DNA of 64,000 nt from Malacoraja senta (lineage: Eukaryota): NCBI GenBank assembly GCA_038087875.1, contig CM075989.1, positions 16,804,001 through 16,868,000 on the forward strand. Direction: 5' to 3'. Under the pieces are notes generated by a model, which worked only from the letters and a program-made list of their open reading frames with translations, searched no databases and was not told the origin of the DNA. Shown in pieces: positions 63,946 through 64,000 of the stretch (position 1 is its first letter; each line of letters opens with the position of its first letter). The position numbers and the translations under genes were made by a program.

Positions 63946-64000
63946 GGCGGCGCGACTCACGTTGCAGCGGGCTCTGCAGTCCGTCTGTCTTTTTTATTTT

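Noticed and set aside
48214..64000. Exons of the expected downstream neighbour (MINAR1/TMED3 by tetrapod synteny)
   Set aside because: I recognised no coding exon in this repeat-rich interval; small exons could have been missed.

Overview
Eukaryotic genomic DNA, almost certainly from a cartilaginous fish and probably a skate or ray, judged by HE1-type V-SINEs, CR1/HER1-, Rex1- and L1-type LINE debris and abundant Penelope-like fragments. Three protein-coding genes can be read by eye. (1) A two-exon BCL2A1-like (Bfl-1/A1) gene on + (13083-16231) has a 1-nt frameshift in exon 1. (2) MTHFS exons 2 and 3 lie on + (21714-21976, 37327-37550); exon 2 has a 1-nt frameshift and exon 1 is not visible, possibly hidden in the 200-N gap at 20124-20323. 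(3) An intact four-exon, 189-aa secreted globular-C1q gene without collagen lies antisense inside MTHFS intron 2 (35948-33234). Downstream is a ~7-kb LTR element on the minus strand (41250-48209) with a 4-bp TSD, tRNA-Pro-like PBS, PPT, decayed gag start and no recognisable pol/env. Other signals are many minimal hammerhead-ribozyme cores in Penelope-like terminal repeats, a CpG-rich non-coding retroposon family with a covarying hairpin, and a 1-kb non-autonomous DNA transposon with an apparent 7-bp TSD. Repeat boundaries are approximate, and all homology calls are from memory, not searches.
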